Source: a virus
Virus record (IMG/VR): IMGVR_UViG_3300035694_000001
Span: 31,771 to 95,770 of that record
Length of the DNA: 64,000 bases
Reading direction: 5' to 3' (one strand)
Shown here: positions 63,425-64,000 of the stretch, in pieces
Numbering within the stretch: position 1 is the first letter of the stretch
How the letters are laid out: each line of letters opens with the position of its first letter
Program-made: the position numbers and the translations under genes
Notes under the pieces: model-generated
What the model was told of the DNA's origin: nothing
The model's database searches: none
Seen by the model: only the letters and a program-made list of their open reading frames with translations

Positions 63425-63568
63425 TGCCGGCCAAGAGCACTAGCGCGCACAGGCCAATCTGGGAACCTAGGTAGTCGAGCTGCACGCGGCGGATGTTGCG
63501 GGCCTGGGCGATTCTGCTTGCGTTCATACTCTTAATATCGGAGCTGGGTGGCCGAACGTTACACACGA

Positions 63569-63592
63569 AAAAGCCCCGCCGTAGCGGGGCCT
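63569..63592. terminator. terminator of the leftward terminal gene
   Basis: AAAAGCCCCGC CGTA GCGGGGC. Confidence 0.65.
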
Positions 63593-63597
63593 AGTCG

Positions 63598-63999
63598 TCA
63601 CAGCTTCTCCGCTTGCTTCGGCCGCTTGTAGATGGCGAAACTCGCGTCTCCGCCCTTGCTCGCTACTACCTCGGCGACGAAGCGCACGCGCTGGCCCTTG
63701 AGGCGGTCATAGCAGCCAGCGGTAATGATGTTACCGATTAGGGAGCTAGGAACACTGCCCCAGACACGGTAGCCGTCGCACTCAACAGTCATTTTCCAGT
63801 CGACGGTGTTGTAGGCGTAGCCGGGCTGGTCTTTGACGCTGATGATAGTGCCCTCGATTACGATGTTCTTGCCCAACGGAGCGGCGGTCTTGGTGGCCTC
63901 ATATGCCGCTTTCCTGGCCGCGCGATCAGCTTCTTCATTCATGATCCGCCGGACAACCTCGGCCTGACGCTCGCTGAGTGGCTTCTGAGACCTGACCAC
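63598..63999 (-). CDS. hypothetical protein with OB-fold-like C-terminus, probably truncated by the window edge
   Basis: IEGTIISVK..VWGSVP..GQRVRF..YKRP. Confidence 0.55.
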   Translation of the reverse strand: MVRSQKPLSERQAEVVRRIMNEEADRAARKAAYEATKTAAPLGKNIVIEGTIISVKDQPGYAYNTVDWKMTVECDGYRVWGSVPSSLIGNIITAGCYDRLKGQRVRFVAEVVASKGGDASFAIYKRPKQAEKL

Positions 64000-64000
64000 A

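Overview
This window looks like the non-structural part of a high-GC actinobacterial phage or phage-plasmid. The host is probably a filamentous actinomycete such as Pseudonocardiaceae (inference from WhiB, Lsr2, DUF397, Rpf and TraB). No capsid, terminase, tail or integrase gene is recognisable. In order: a lysis-like region (cysteine peptidase, r1t-type holin) interrupted by two stacked leftward cassettes; a leftward small-gene array; an lsr2 + Spd-like + TraB/FtsK transfer module with a clt-like repeat cluster; a rightward small-gene array; a leftward recombination arm (MazG-like, ECF sigma, EndoVII, SSB-like, PD-(D/E)xK exonuclease, SF2 helicase); a rightward replication arm (PolA, DNA methyltransferase, DEDDh exonuclease, primase-helicase, iteron origin); accessory genes (CDF transporter, Toprim protein, HAD phosphatase); and Rpf-LysM plus a glycosylation cluster. 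The most notable observations are (1) an apparently intact Streptomyces-type conjugative dsDNA transfer system in a phage-like genome and (2) several unannotated RNAs: a tandem covarying RNA motif and two tRNA mimics, one with a deleted and one with a greatly expanded anticodon arm. Family assignments come from recognising motifs by eye, not from database searches.
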